A stretch of DNA of 64,000 bases from Eledone cirrhosa (taxonomy: Eukaryota). The translations under genes and the position numbers were made by a program. Below, piece after piece: positions 1-11,651 of this stretch. Location: positions 35,154,001 through 35,218,000 of the forward strand of contig OZ024745.1 in the NCBI GenBank assembly GCA_964016885.1, read 5' to 3'. The number at the start of each line of letters is the position of its first letter. The first letter of the stretch is position 1. The notes below the pieces were generated by a model. It worked only from the letters and a program-made list of their open reading frames with translations, searched no databases and was not told the origin of the DNA.

Positions 1-698
1 ACCTAACAAAATATTATTTATTAGGCAAGTATATATTAAAATAATCGTAGTTCTTACCATTTACATCCATTTGATTCCACCCATCCTCGCTAAAACATTC
101 TTAGTGTTTTCGATGAAAGCCATTATTCTCTGAAAAAGATTAAAAAATCTCTTAGGAATGCAAATACGCTTAACATAAGCAATGCCATACTGATAGCAAA
201 GAAGTGAAAGAGAAAAATGAATATAAAATGCATTTAATGAAATATTAAAACCAATAAAGAAAGTATGTGAAAAGGAAAAATAAGAGCACAAAAAAGAACA
301 ATAAGCTAAACGAAAGCAAGAGTAGAAGCATAAGAGAAGGTATATTTCATGGGAATATCCTTATCAATATATTCATTGGAAAACAATGAGGCAGTATTAT
401 ATTTATGCTATAATCAGATTAGTTGTCATGAATTGTTTCATGTTTCTGTTAAGACATTAGAAGCACACAAGAAAAATTTACATGAATGCAATACAAAAGA
501 AATTACAAAAAACACACAATCTTAATGAAGACAAAGAAAAGGCAAATTTCAAGAATACAATGCAGAGTAAGACAATGTTGGATAACAGATGATAGGATGA
601 CCATAAACGATATTTAGAAGTCATTGGCAGGAGACAAGATCCATAAACAAAACTGAGACAACATTCGCATTGAACAATGGACAACAAAGGAAAGATAT

Positions 699-832
699 TT
701 ACATTTTCCCCTCCATATTTTCCTCTTTATCAGCGTCTGTCTCCGAAATACTGTCAACACTTTCTTTATTTGCATCCTCTTCAGTGGGTACCTTGGTTTT
801 CTTTGTCGACAGTCCTTGATATTTCTCCCCAA
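699..832 (-). CDS. Probable terminal exon of CA-related protein
   Basis: ctattctgttcag acceptor, phase 1, giving (V)GEKYQGLSTKKTKVPTEEDANKESVDSISETDADKEENMEGKM*; compatible with exon E; followed by AT-rich UTR-like sequence. Confidence 0.55.
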
Positions 833-1183
833 CTGAACAGAATAGAGCAACAACATGATACAATAACAACATGAACATCTGAACGTGACACAGTTCACTA
901 GACATGAAGAAAGGATGCTGAAATATAAATTTACATATCCACACCACATTCATCTATTGAAAATAAATTTGAACAAAGTTAAAATCATATAAGTTTAACA
1001 AATGATATTTGAAATATTTTCGTTATTAAATATAAATTTGTTTGTTATTTTTAATCTAATGTCGAATCTAACATTCGCATTAACGCACATATGTATGAGG
1101 ACCTGCTTCAGATTATCCATCCTTGCGTCTAAAAACTTGCACCTGTTTTATCATACAGTAAGTGATTTGTTATATATATATAT

Positions 1184-1340
1184 CTTCAGAAGATCCCGTT
1201 AAGGGTGAAAGCAGCGATTCTTTGCTTAAATTTTAATCTGTTATTTTAATAAATATTTGCTCTAGGGTTCTTATATATTTGATATATATTTATCCTTATC
1301 GAACCCTCTTTGGATTTTAGTCTTCAAATTTATTATTATT
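1184..1340 (+). mobile_element. Short non-autonomous PLE-like element, CAGAAGA-hammerhead family (fragment)
   Basis: Near-identical to the arms at 59400-59540 and 63220-63720; starts in (TA)n; carries CAGAAGA-tccc gttaa gggt-GAAA-gca..tgc-TT. Confidence 0.7.
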
Positions 1341-1372
1341 ATTATTGTTATTATTATTATTGTTATTATTAT

Positions 1373-2205
1373 AGTTGCATTTATCTTGCTTTATGTTCAT
1401 ACGAGTTATCACCAAGTCACAATCAGTGACCTCAACAGACAACAAGGTCCGCCATGTGCAAGAAAGAACATACATTCACACACATGCATCTTTAGGTGTT
1501 TAGACTTGTGATGTACTTATAATGACAGAATCTTCCTTAGTATATGGGCAGTTCCCATTCGTACTATCTTTTGTATTTCCCCTATACGGGGGTTTCCTGG
1601 GATTTGCGATAAGTAATCATTAGACCCCTTAGGTATCATTCCTAGAGCGCCTACAACCACTGGTATTGTTTTAGTTCTCAATTTCCACATTTTTCCAATT
1701 TCTATCTCCAGGTCCTTATACTTGCTCAATTTTTCAAATGTTTTTATAGATACATTCTTGTCTATTGGAACAGACATATCAATTAGCAGGCATATTCTCT
1801 TTTTAAAGTCCTTCAGTATTATATCAGGTCTATTTGCATCTATTTGTCGGTCTGTTTGGATGCTAAAGTCCCACAAGATTGAGATGTGATCTTTTTCAAG
1901 TACAGAAAGTGGTTGATGCTCCCACCAATTCTTTTGATGGGGCAGGTCAAAATGCTTACACATTATCCAATGTATGTATTGTGCAGCTCTGTCGTGCCTG
2001 TTTAGGTATTCGGTTGGAACTATAGGACTGCACATTGAAATTATATGATCAATGGTCTCTGGTTTAAATACACGGCATAATGGGCTGTACCCATTTTTTA
2101 TTATGTTGGCTGGGTAATTTTTTGTTGGCAGACACTGATCTTGTGCTGATATAATCAGTCCTTCAGTATCCGATTTCAGTCCAGAGGATGCCAACTACTG
2201 ATGGG

Positions 2206-2207
<2 letters not shown>
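1373..2207 (-). mobile_element. 5'-truncated R4/Dong-type non-LTR retrotransposon (same family as 6864-11650)
   Basis: ORF 1517-2194 with degenerate CCHC, RHD and PD-(D/E)xK RLE (NRPDI...KYKDL); near-identical to 6864-7700; flanked by (TTA)n. Confidence 0.92.
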
Positions 2208-2244
<37 letters not shown>

Positions 2245-2249
2245 GTTGT

Positions 2250-5200
2250 TATTCCTTGAATCTCAGTCATTGATGTTGGTTAACTGGAAAGTCCGTTGGA
2301 TTGAATATCAAGCCACTACCTGCAGCCTCAGATATTCAGGACGTATCGGAGGGTTCTTGCTGTTCCAAGCAAGCATGCCTTTTGAAGCGTTCCAAAAAGC
2401 GTGAAGGGGCCGATCTTCTTCAACCATCCCTGGAAACTTTTGGAGATAGTCCCCAGTGCGCCTATGACAATCGGGATCACTTTGACTTCATGGCAGTTCC
2501 AAATCCTTTTCACCTCCCACTTTAGGTCCTGGTATCGGTTAATTTTCTTCTCCCTCTCCTTCTCTTGCACTCTCGTGTCGAACGGGCAGGCCACATCCAC
2601 AATCAGGCACGATCTTTTTTTCTTTGTCCACAACCACCAGGTCAGGTCTATTGTGTTCCAGTTTTTTGTCCGTCTGTATCCTAAAATCCCACAGCACCTT
2701 CACCTGATTGTTCTCCATCACCGCCTTTGGCCTATGCTCATACCATTTCTCAGAATGTGGTAAATTGTTTACTTTGCACAGGTGCCAGTGGATCACCCTG
2801 CCCATCACATCGTGTCTCCAGCCCTTATAGTGGGTCTGGGCTAGGTGTTTACACTCGGACACAATGTGAGCCACAGTCTCCTCTCTCTCTCCACAGATCC
2901 TGCACAGTGGGCTAGCCTCCTCCTTGTAAATATGGTGCTTCAACCACTTCGTTTTGAGGGCCTGCTCCTGCGCAGCCATTAGCATTCCTTCTGTAGCCTT
3001 TTTGAGGTCTCCTCTTCTCAACCAGTTCCATGTCTGTGGATATCTAAATTCAGTTTTCTCAAAGAAGGTACTATGAAGGGATTTTCCCTTAAGGCTGCTC
3101 TTCCTCCTTGATGTTATTTCCTCCTTGGACATCCCCTGGCCTACTGTCCCCTCCTTCAGTACAGTTCTGAGCATTGGCTCCTTACTATAGGTCACGTATT
3201 TGTATAGGTTGTTTTTCTCCATCTGAACACAGTCCTCTATGCTGATAAGACCTCTTCCACCCTCAGATCTCCTTAGGTAGAGTCTATCGACATCACTCCT
3301 CTTGTGGAACATGTTGTAGATGGTCAATAGCTTCCTAGTCTTCCTATCCATTTCTTTTTGTTCAGCAACATTCCATCTCAGAATTCCCGCACTGTACCTA
3401 ATAATAGACACAGTTCGGGAATTTACTGCGCTTATGGCATTTCTGCTGTTCAGATGTGACTTCAATACGATCCTTACTCTCCGAATGTATTCAGTTCTTA
3501 ACAATTCCTTCATTTTTTTGTTCTTTATGCCATCAGCCTCCAGAACGCCCAAATACTTGTATCCTTCCTCAGAGTCAATTTCCTTTATCATCTCACCTGT
3601 TGGTATCTGGATCCCGTTACTTCTGCTCAACCTACCCCTCCTCATCACAATGACTCCACATTTACCAATACCAAACTGCATACATATATCACTGCTGAAA
3701 ATACGGACAGTGTCAACAAGCACATCCAACTCCTTCTCACTTTTCCCGAAGAGCTTAAGATCGTCCATGAAGAGGAGGTGATTGATGGTAAGCTCTCCCC
3801 TTCCCAACATGTATCCTGCCCTCACTTTCCGCAGCATAATGGTCAAGGGCATCAGGGCAAGGACAAACAACAGAGGGGACAGGCTATCTCCCTGGAAGAT
3901 ACCTCTCTTGATCTTCACGCTTCCCAAGGATACTCCAGTTGATGTCAACTCTGTCTCCCAGGACCCCATACTCCTGCCTAGCAACTGTCTGATGTTATCT
4001 GCCACCCTGAAGATCTCCAGGCTTTTGGTGATCCAAGAATGAGGCACCATGTCAAATGCCTTTCTGTAGTCTATCCATCCCATGGCAAGATCAGTGTGTC
4101 TCCTCCTGCAATTCCCCATTACCATCTTATCAATAAGTAACTGGTCCTTTGTACCACGTGACTTCTTTCGGCATCCTTTCTGTTCGTCCGGTAACAAGTT
4201 GTTTGTGTGGAGGTGATGGTAGATTTCCTCAGACACAATGCTCGTCAACAGTTTCCACATTACGGACAGACATGTGATAGGTCTATAGTTGGTAACATCA
4301 TTACCCTTGATTCGGTCTTTCATTATCAGAACTGTGGTACCTTTTGTCAACCACTCTGGCACCTCACCCGACACCAAGCAGTCATTGAACATGGCCGTCA
4401 GCTTCGGGTGGAGGGATGTTAAATGTTTAATCCAATACCCCTGCACACCATCTGGGCCTGGTGATTTCCAGTTGGTTAGTTTTTTGGCCTGCCCCTTAAG
4501 AGTTTCAACTGTGATACTCAAATCAGTTTGTTGTTGTGCCTGCTCACCGATCTCCCTCTGTACTGTCTCAATCCACCCTGCCTGGACATTATGTCTAACA
4601 TCTTGCTCCCATATTCCTCTCCAGAATGTTTTAGTTTGCTCCGCCCCAGGGATCAAGTCGTTGCCTCTTTCATTCCCCTCAAGCTGTCCAAACAGCATCT
4701 TCTGGTTGTTGTCGAACATGCGGTTCTGTTTATACTGACTGACTCTGTTCTCGTATCGCCTGATTTTTGCACTCTTTGCTACAATGCGTTGCTTCAGTTC
4801 CTCTATGATACTATTTAGCTTTTTCCTCCTAGTTTTGTATTTTATTTCCAGTCTATTTTTAGTGCCTATGTTTTTTAGTGTCCCATTCAGTAGTGACTCA
4901 AGCTTTCCTATGTCATTTCTCATTTCCCCGATTTGCCCACTCAGTCGCTTCTTCCACCACGGCTCTGCTCTTTCTTGTCTGTTGTTTCCTCTCGCTTTTA
5001 TACCAAGTAGTTTCCTCACCGTATTTGCTGTTGCTTTGAGGATATTGTTGCACTGGTGAAGGCTCCTCGCCTCAAGGTATGGGATGACTTTGTTTACCTT
5101 AGCTGTTGTTTCTTTTAACTTTTTCCTGTCTACAAATCTTAGGTTCATAGGTCTCCCACTATCATTGTTCAATTCATCTACCACTAAATTTAGGATGTCA

Positions 5201-6640
5201 ACCGAATCTTGTCCTAGCCCGTCAGCATTCATCTCCTCAGTGGCCGTATCTCTGTTCCAGGTATTATTTATCTCAGTATTCAGATCATTGTCTGCTTCGG
5301 GTGGTTCCTCCGTTCTCAGGACCTCTTCACCTTCATTTCCCACTGGCTCGCTTGTCTAGCATACTACACCCGCCATCTCCAAGCCATTCTCTCTGCTCAC
5401 TTCCTCCAGTTCCAGCTCGCTTATCCACCCATTAGTTCTTATTACCCGAGCCTGCCCGGCCAATTTTTGTTCATCTAATTTAAATAAACCAATCTCGTTC
5501 CAGATGTTATGCATCCGTCTCCTGTAGCCCCTCTCCTTGGGGTTACTTTTCAGGTAACATTGCATAACAGTTCTATTCAATTCTTTCGTCCAGTTGGTTC
5601 TGGCCCCTTTCCTTCTTCTCCTTCCTCCAACATCAGCAGTATTTGGTTGACAGTCAGGTTCCTGCTGCTGAGCCAGGGGGCACCTGTTGGGTGAGAGTCT
5701 GTCACATGACGTTCTAGTCTCCATTTCACCGTTATTCGAACTGTTTATGATCGATATTTAAACACTCTTATCGAGGATTGGCGAATGTATGGTTACATAG
5801 CCATCTGTGGATCCGCCATTCCACTTGGCCCTTGTGTGGCATTATCACCACGCTGTATACGAACACACATAAACAAACAAACACACAGGCAGAAAGGGCC
5901 CCAAAAATGAATAAGCATAAGTTTCATTGTAATGTAGTGTTCGAATGTCTGACTTAGTTTTTGTTTTTTAAGTTTTAGTTTTTCCCCCCTCTTCTCTGTC
6001 CGTCCGCCTGCTTCTCTCTTCATTCTTATTTTCTTTACGTTTTTTTTTTTTCTTTTTTTTTCTCTGTTTGTTTTTCTCGTTTTTTGCTGTTGTTGCTGTG
6101 CTGCTTTGGTTTTGTTGTTTGTTTTTTCTTTTTTCTTTTGAGTCTATCTATATATTTTGATGCCTTCCTCTTTTTTAGCAGTAGGGATTCTATAATGTGG
6201 TGGCAGCAGCCAGCTGGGAGAAGTGGATGACTGGCGGCGGTAGCGATACTGAGACAGTGGTGGTGGTGATGTCGATACCGAGGCAGTGGTGGCGGTGATG
6301 TGACCGTATTACTGTAGTGATGGTGCTGTAGCGGTGGTAGCAGTGAAGGAGTGAAGAGGTGGTGGCGGCGGTGATGGGATAATGGTGGTAATGATGGCCG
6401 TAGTGAGCGGTGGTGGTGAAAATGCCGTTATCTGGCTGTTGTGTTTAGTGTACACAGGTGATGGGGTGGGTGGTGTATCTAGTTTCTGGTGTTGGTGAGT
6501 TTGGCTGTTCTATATAGTGTAGACAGAGGAGAGGAGGGGGGGGGGGTTCTTCTTCCATTTATAGCCATTTTCTTTTTTGGATATACAGTGTACAATACAA
6601 AGTTGAATATTTGAATATTTGAGCCTTATAACAATATATT
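2250..6640 (-). mobile_element. R4/Dong-clade non-LTR retrotransposon family 1, near full length, mildly disrupted
   Basis: ORFs 5356-5724, 2539-5343 and 2328-2633 give N-terminal domain, RT (QGDSLSP, FMDD), CCHC, RHD and RLE; in-frame TAG at 5356-5358 and frameshift at T-run ~2615; (TAA)n 3' tail. Confidence 0.93.
2539..5343 (-). CDS. Reverse transcriptase / RLE polyprotein (Dong family 1)
   Basis: KSPGPDG, NYRPITCL, WIDYRKAFDMVPH, GIFQGDSLSPLLF, HLLFMDDLKLF, YKYLG, CRICGEREETVAHIVSEC, RHD. Confidence 0.92.
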   Translation of the reverse strand: MGNEGEEVLRTEEPPEADNDLNTEINNTWNRDTATEEMNADGLGQDSVDILNLVVDELNNDSGRPMNLRFVDRKKLKETTAKVNKVIPYLEARSLHQCNNILKATANTVRKLLGIKARGNNRQERAEPWWKKRLSGQIGEMRNDIGKLESLLNGTLKNIGTKNRLEIKYKTRRKKLNSIIEELKQRIVAKSAKIRRYENRVSQYKQNRMFDNNQKMLFGQLEGNERGNDLIPGAEQTKTFWRGIWEQDVRHNVQAGWIETVQREIGEQAQQQTDLSITVETLKGQAKKLTNWKSPGPDGVQGYWIKHLTSLHPKLTAMFNDCLVSGEVPEWLTKGTTVLIMKDRIKGNDVTNYRPITCLSVMWKLLTSIVSEEIYHHLHTNNLLPDEQKGCRKKSRGTKDQLLIDKMVMGNCRRRHTDLAMGWIDYRKAFDMVPHSWITKSLEIFRVADNIRQLLGRSMGSWETELTSTGVSLGSVKIKRGIFQGDSLSPLLFVLALMPLTIMLRKVRAGYMLGRGELTINHLLFMDDLKLFGKSEKELDVLVDTVRIFSSDICMQFGIGKCGVIVMRRGRLSRSNGIQIPTGEMIKEIDSEEGYKYLGVLEADGIKNKKMKELLRTEYIRRVRIVLKSHLNSRNAISAVNSRTVSIIRYSAGILRWNVAEQKEMDRKTRKLLTIYNMFHKRSDVDRLYLRRSEGGRGLISIEDCVQMEKNNLYKYVTYSKEPMLRTVLKEGTVGQGMSKEEITSRRKSSLKGKSLHSTFFEKTEFRYPQTWNWLRRGDLKKATEGMLMAAQEQALKTKWLKHHIYKEEASPLCRICGEREETVAHIVSECKHLAQTHYKGWRHDVMGRVIHWHLCKVNNLPHSEKWYEHRPKAVMENNQVKVLWDFRIQTDKKLEHNRPDLVVVDKEKKIVPDCGCGLPVRHESAREGEGEEN

Positions 6641-6788
6641 TTGGGTCCGAATTTTTTGGGGCTCAAGCCGGGTGCTTTACGTAGCATTTGTACTAAGAGT
6701 TGTTATTTCACAAATGATTTAAATATGTTAAAAATTCAAAACTTACGGGAGCGATTTCATGACCTCCATCACCTCGTGCGTCTTCTCC

Positions 6789-6863
<75 letters not shown>

Positions 6864-7006
6864 AGTTGCATTTATCTTGCTTCATGTTCATACGAGTTAT
6901 CACCAAGTCACAACCAGTGACCTCAAGAGACAACAAGGTCCGCCATGTTCAAGAAAGAACATACATACTCACACATGCATCTTTAGTGTTTAGACTTGTG
7001 ATGTAC

Positions 7007-8536
7007 TTATATTGACAGAATCTTCCTTAGTATATGGGCAGTTCCCATTAGTACTATCTTTTCTATTTCTCCTATACGCGGGTTTCCTGGGATTTGCGAT
7101 AAGTAATCATTAGACCCCTTAGGTATCATTCCTAGAGCGCCTACAACCACTGGTATTGTTTTAGTTCTCAATTTCCACATTTTTCCAATTTCTATCTCCA
7201 GGTCCTTATACTTGCTCAATTTTTCAAATGTTTTTATAGATACATTCTTGTCTATTGGAACGGACATATCAATTAGCAGGCATACCCTCTTTTTAAAGTC
7301 CTTCAATATTATATCAGGTCTATTTGCATCTATTTTTCGGTCTGTTTGGATGCTAAAGTCCCACAAGATTGAGATGTGATCTTTTTCAAGTATGGGAGGT
7401 GGTTGATGCTCCCACCAATTCTTTTGATGGGGCAGGTCAAAATGCTTACACATTATCCAATGTATGTATTGTGCAGCTCTGTCATGCCTGTTTAGGTATT
7501 CGGTTGGAGCTATAGGACTGAACATTGAAATTATATGGTCAATGGTCTCTGGTTGTTTTTTGCATACACGGCATAATGGGCTGCATCCATTTTTTATTAT
7601 GTTGGCTTGGTAATTTTTTGTTTGCAGACACTGATCTTGTGCTGATATAATCAGTCCTTCAGTCTCCGATTTCAGTCCAGAGGATGCCAACCACTGATGG
7701 GTTAAAGTTTTGTCAACATCAGGATTGTTAGCTCGCTCTGGGTATTTTCCATACAGAGGCTTTTCTTGCCATTTCTTAGCCAGTTTCTGTAGCAGTTCTT
7801 TCTTTGCAGTTACTTTTACCTGCTTTGCTTTTTCTGTGTTTTCCATTTCAGCAGTAAATGGGACTTCTGAAATTTGTAGTCCATTACTGTATCTTTGTGC
7901 ATCTTTTGTAATGGAATATGATCTTTTGATGCTTTCGTGTTTCAAAACGAGTTTGATCATCCAATCATGTGATTCCCTTAGATATGTAGATAATCCAATT
8001 GTTGCAATTTTCAACGCAATGTCTAACTGTATTAACCCACGTCCTCCTTCTTTCCTAGGGAGATATATTCTATCTATATCTGCCTTAGGGTGATGCATCC
8101 TGTGCATGGTTAAGAATTTTCTAATTTTTGTATCGAGCCTACGGATCTCTGTGCTTGACCAGTTGATGACATTGTAACTGTAGGTTACTACTGGTATGGC
8201 AAGCGTGTTTATGGCATCGATCCTATTCCTTGCATTCAATTCCGTTCTTAAGATTGCTCTTACTCTGCGGTAACATTCCTTCCTTATCCTTTCCCTCATT
8301 GTCGAGTGCTTGATTCCGTCTCCTTCACAAACACCTAGATATTTGTAAGTTTTTTCTTGATCAAGTTCTCTTATCACGTTCCCCCGATCAAGATTAATGT
8401 CTGAACTCTTCAGCAGCTTTCCTCTGGTGAACGTTGCTTTGGCGCATTCATCTAGTCCAAACTCCATTTTAATGTCATCACTGAACTGCTCCACAGTGGA
8501 TAATAGCCCTTGCAATTGTTCATCATTTTTTTGCAA
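7007..8536 (-). CDS. Dong family 2 polyprotein, RT thumb, zinc knuckle and RLE
   Basis: YKYLG, GGRGL, CRVCKKQPETIDHII, RHD, NRPDI, KYKDL. Confidence 0.92.
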   Translation of the reverse strand: MQKNDEQLQGLLSTVEQFSDDIKMEFGLDECAKATFTRGKLLKSSDINLDRGNVIRELDQEKTYKYLGVCEGDGIKHSTMRERIRKECYRRVRAILRTELNARNRIDAINTLAIPVVTYSYNVINWSSTEIRRLDTKIRKFLTMHRMHHPKADIDRIYLPRKEGGRGLIQLDIALKIATIGLSTYLRESHDWMIKLVLKHESIKRSYSITKDAQRYSNGLQISEVPFTAEMENTEKAKQVKVTAKKELLQKLAKKWQEKPLYGKYPERANNPDVDKTLTHQWLASSGLKSETEGLIISAQDQCLQTKNYQANIIKNGCSPLCRVCKKQPETIDHIISMFSPIAPTEYLNRHDRAAQYIHWIMCKHFDLPHQKNWWEHQPPPILEKDHISILWDFSIQTDRKIDANRPDIILKDFKKRVCLLIDMSVPIDKNVSIKTFEKLSKYKDLEIEIGKMWKLRTKTIPVVVGALGMIPKGSNDYLSQIPGNPRIGEIEKIVLMGTAHILRKILSI

Positions 8537-10658
8537 ATAGTTTCAGGTCATCCATGTAGAACAAGTGATTAATGGTTTTGTCATAGACTTTATATCCATG
8601 TTTTGTTTCATTGAGCATTTTACTTAATGGTATAAGTGCGATGCAGAATAAAAGCGGTGATAAAGAGTCACCCTGAAAAATTCCACAATTAATATTAACT
8701 TCTCCAGCTTCCAGTGATTTTGTTTCACTATTCAAAAGGAGTGTCGTTTTCCATGTCTTCATACTGAATGACAAAAACCTCCTGACAACGGGGGATATTT
8801 TGAAAATCTCTAAACATTTTTCAATCCAACTGTGTGGCAAACTATCGAATGCTTTTTTATAATCTATCCAAGCAATCGATAGATTTTTGTGTCTATTATG
8901 ACAATCTTCCAGTATCATTTTGTTAACCAGAAGCTGATCCTTACAGCCATATGAGCCTCGTTTACACCCTTTCTGCTCAATGGGAAATAGGTCATTTGTT
9001 ATCAGGTGGTCATATGTGTATTCAGTTAGGACTGATGTTAAAATTTTATACATTGGGGTCAAGCAAGTTATCGGTCTGTAATTTTTGGGATTGTTTGTCT
9101 CATCATTCTTCGGAAGCAGGAATGTAATGCCGTTAACTAGCCACGATGGTATCTTTTCTGGCTCCTTAACTATTTCATTGTAAAGTTGGGCTAACAGCTC
9201 ATGAGACTCTGTGAAGGCATTTATCCAAAAGTTTTGTATTTTGTCTTTTCCTGGGGATTTCCATTTGCTGGTTTTTCTTAGAGCCAAGCGCAACTGTTCA
9301 ACTGTTATATTTTCCCGTATTTGTTCCTCAAGGTGAGCTGTATCTTTCATTTGTCTGTCTATCCATGGGGCATGTATGTTATGAACTTTTTCTTCGGCCC
9401 AGATATTTTCCCAGAATTCTTGCACTTCCTCCTTGGGTGGTATTGATTTAGCAGTTATTGTTGACTTACAAATTTTTCTGTAGAAGTTTCTTTGGTTGTT
9501 TTTGAACATATTATTGTCCTTATAGAATCTAGATCGCTTTTCAAAGCGCCTTATACGAGCAGCTTTGGCCGACACTTTTTGCTTGATTATTTCTATCAGC
9601 ATGTCTATGTCACTTGTTGATTTTATACTGTACCTTTTTTTCAATTTTCTAAGTTTAGTTTGTTTAACATGTTCACCTACTTTATAGTTTGTTAAAATTT
9701 CTATGTCAGATCGGAGAAGGTTTATTTGGCGATTGATTTTCTCTTGCCAAGTAGATTTATTGTGGGAATTCCTTTGTTTTTTCATCTTCACTCCACATAA
9801 GTGAGTGGTGACTTTAGCCGATGCATAATAGAGATGATTTAAATCAGTAATGTTTAGTTTGTTTGTGATGATAATGTTTTTGAGAATTATGTTAGTCTTG
9901 TGTATTATCTTTTGGTTCTGTTTGGAGTTCTGGATCTTAGGGAGGGTGTCTCGTTGCCCCATGTCAGATTCTTTGATTTTCATCCATTCGATCATAATTT
10001 CATCCTTCAAGTTGGCAAGTTCATTCTCATTCATTTCTTTATCATTTACGATCTCATTATTTTCATTTGGAGTTTCATCTTGAGCATGCACTCCCTCCAC
10101 TTTTTCGATCCTTTCTTTAATTTGTTCTGTTGCCAGTGATTCCGCCCCAACCCTGGGATTCGAAGTGTTACAATTTACCTCGTTTTCACTGACACATGTT
10201 TCATTTTCCCCTCGCTGACTTTGTGCTAATAGCTTGATCTGATCAATTTCTATATCAGTTAGTAACTTTTTTCTTACAATATTTCTTCGTATATTGGCTA
10301 GTTTGTTACTGTCAATATAGCCTCTGTTTTCGGGATGTTTCTTTTTCCAGTTGATATATGTCTGTTCTGTATTTGATGTATTTAATGGGTAGTACATGGC
10401 AGTGTAGAAAGCCTCAAGGACTTCTTTATTATCTTCCCTTGACCATTTTTCTCTCTTTTTCCTTGGATTTCTTGGTGGTGAGCATGGAGGGCCAACAGTA
10501 GGAGTATTCCGGTTATGGGAGGTCTCCAGCTCCGAAGTGATGGGAAGGTTTGAACCATTAGCTGATTTTTCGACCCCAGTCTGGTTCCTCTCCGAGGGAC
10601 GCGGCCCTTTTTTACCCGGGTGACGGCCGATCCGGTATGAGATTTTATCATTAGACAT
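8523..10658 (-). CDS. Dong family 2 polyprotein, N-terminal part and RT core
   Basis: WKSPGKD, NYRPITCL, WIDYKKAFDSLPH, QGDSLSPLLF, HLFYMDDLKLF. Confidence 0.92.
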   Translation of the reverse strand: MSNDKISYRIGRHPGKKGPRPSERNQTGVEKSANGSNLPITSELETSHNRNTPTVGPPCSPPRNPRKKREKWSREDNKEVLEAFYTAMYYPLNTSNTEQTYINWKKKHPENRGYIDSNKLANIRRNIVRKKLLTDIEIDQIKLLAQSQRGENETCVSENEVNCNTSNPRVGAESLATEQIKERIEKVEGVHAQDETPNENNEIVNDKEMNENELANLKDEIMIEWMKIKESDMGQRDTLPKIQNSKQNQKIIHKTNIILKNIIITNKLNITDLNHLYYASAKVTTHLCGVKMKKQRNSHNKSTWQEKINRQINLLRSDIEILTNYKVGEHVKQTKLRKLKKRYSIKSTSDIDMLIEIIKQKVSAKAARIRRFEKRSRFYKDNNMFKNNQRNFYRKICKSTITAKSIPPKEEVQEFWENIWAEEKVHNIHAPWIDRQMKDTAHLEEQIRENITVEQLRLALRKTSKWKSPGKDKIQNFWINAFTESHELLAQLYNEIVKEPEKIPSWLVNGITFLLPKNDETNNPKNYRPITCLTPMYKILTSVLTEYTYDHLITNDLFPIEQKGCKRGSYGCKDQLLVNKMILEDCHNRHKNLSIAWIDYKKAFDSLPHSWIEKCLEIFKISPVVRRFLSFSMKTWKTTLLLNSETKSLEAGEVNINCGIFQGDSLSPLLFCIALIPLSKMLNETKHGYKVYDKTINHLFYMDDLKLFAKK

Positions 10659-11651
10659 TTACCTTATTTTGTCGCGTTTTATCCTTATCCACCAAGGGGT
10701 AATCATTTCGTGTTACCACTTCTAGAACGAGTGTCAACCAAGACTAGAGGGGTCGTTCTCCCCTAGAGACACGGCTATTCCCCGCCGGCCGCCATCCCGG
10801 TATTTCTTGGTCACGGGGTTTTCTTTTTGTTGTTTTTTTTAAATTGTTATTATCATGAGTGGTTCCTTAATAATGTGAGTATTGCGTGCCTTAAGAATGA
10901 AATTATTAATAATTGTCTCCACTCCAGGCACAAGGCCAGCAATCACCCAGTGCATTACAATAATATAATATACTTTTTGCTGAAGTTGCCTGTTATTGTT
11001 GTTGGCTATGTCGGTGGTGGTGATGGGGCTTTTTATATTGTTGGTGAGGAAGGGGTGAGCCAGCAGTGCCATAGTTGTTGATGTTGACGTTTGGCCGGTG
11101 GCCAGGTCACTAAGTCAATCTATTTATATCTTTTGCTAGCCTCTTCCTTGTCTAGTGATACCGCCACCATCCCCTTTCTCTCTCAAGTTAAGAGGGGAAT
11201 AGTGGTGGTAGCAATGAAGGAGTGGTGGCGGCGGTGATGGGATAGTGGTAGCAATGATGGATGGAGTGGTGGCGGCGGTGGCGTTGTCGTTACTGAGTTT
11301 TGTGATATGTAGTATATATGAGGTTGTGTCGCGTATGTTTAATATATATTATGTTGACATATTCCCGTAAAATTGGAATTAAACATTTTGTTAAAACTTG
11401 AGACAATAATAATAGTAATTATTATTATGATGCTGGGATTGGTGGTGGTGGTGGTGAAATTGCCGTTATCTGGCTGTTATATTTAGTGTGTTGGGGTAGG
11501 TGGTGTATCAAGTTTCTGGTGTTGGTGAAATTGCTGTTATTTGGCTGTTCTATATAGTGTAGACAGAGGGTGTTTACTTCCATTTATAACCATTTTCTTT
11601 TTTGAATACAAAATATATAATACAAAATTGAATATTTGAGCGACATAACAA

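Larger units (their letters stand above)
6864..11650 (-). mobile_element. R4/Dong-clade non-LTR retrotransposon family 2, full length
   Basis: ORFs 8523-10658 and 7007-8536 joined by one frameshift at a T homopolymer; RT (YMDD), CCH(C/F), RHD, RLE; (TAA)n tail at 6789-6863; ~1 kb 5' leader. Confidence 0.94.
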
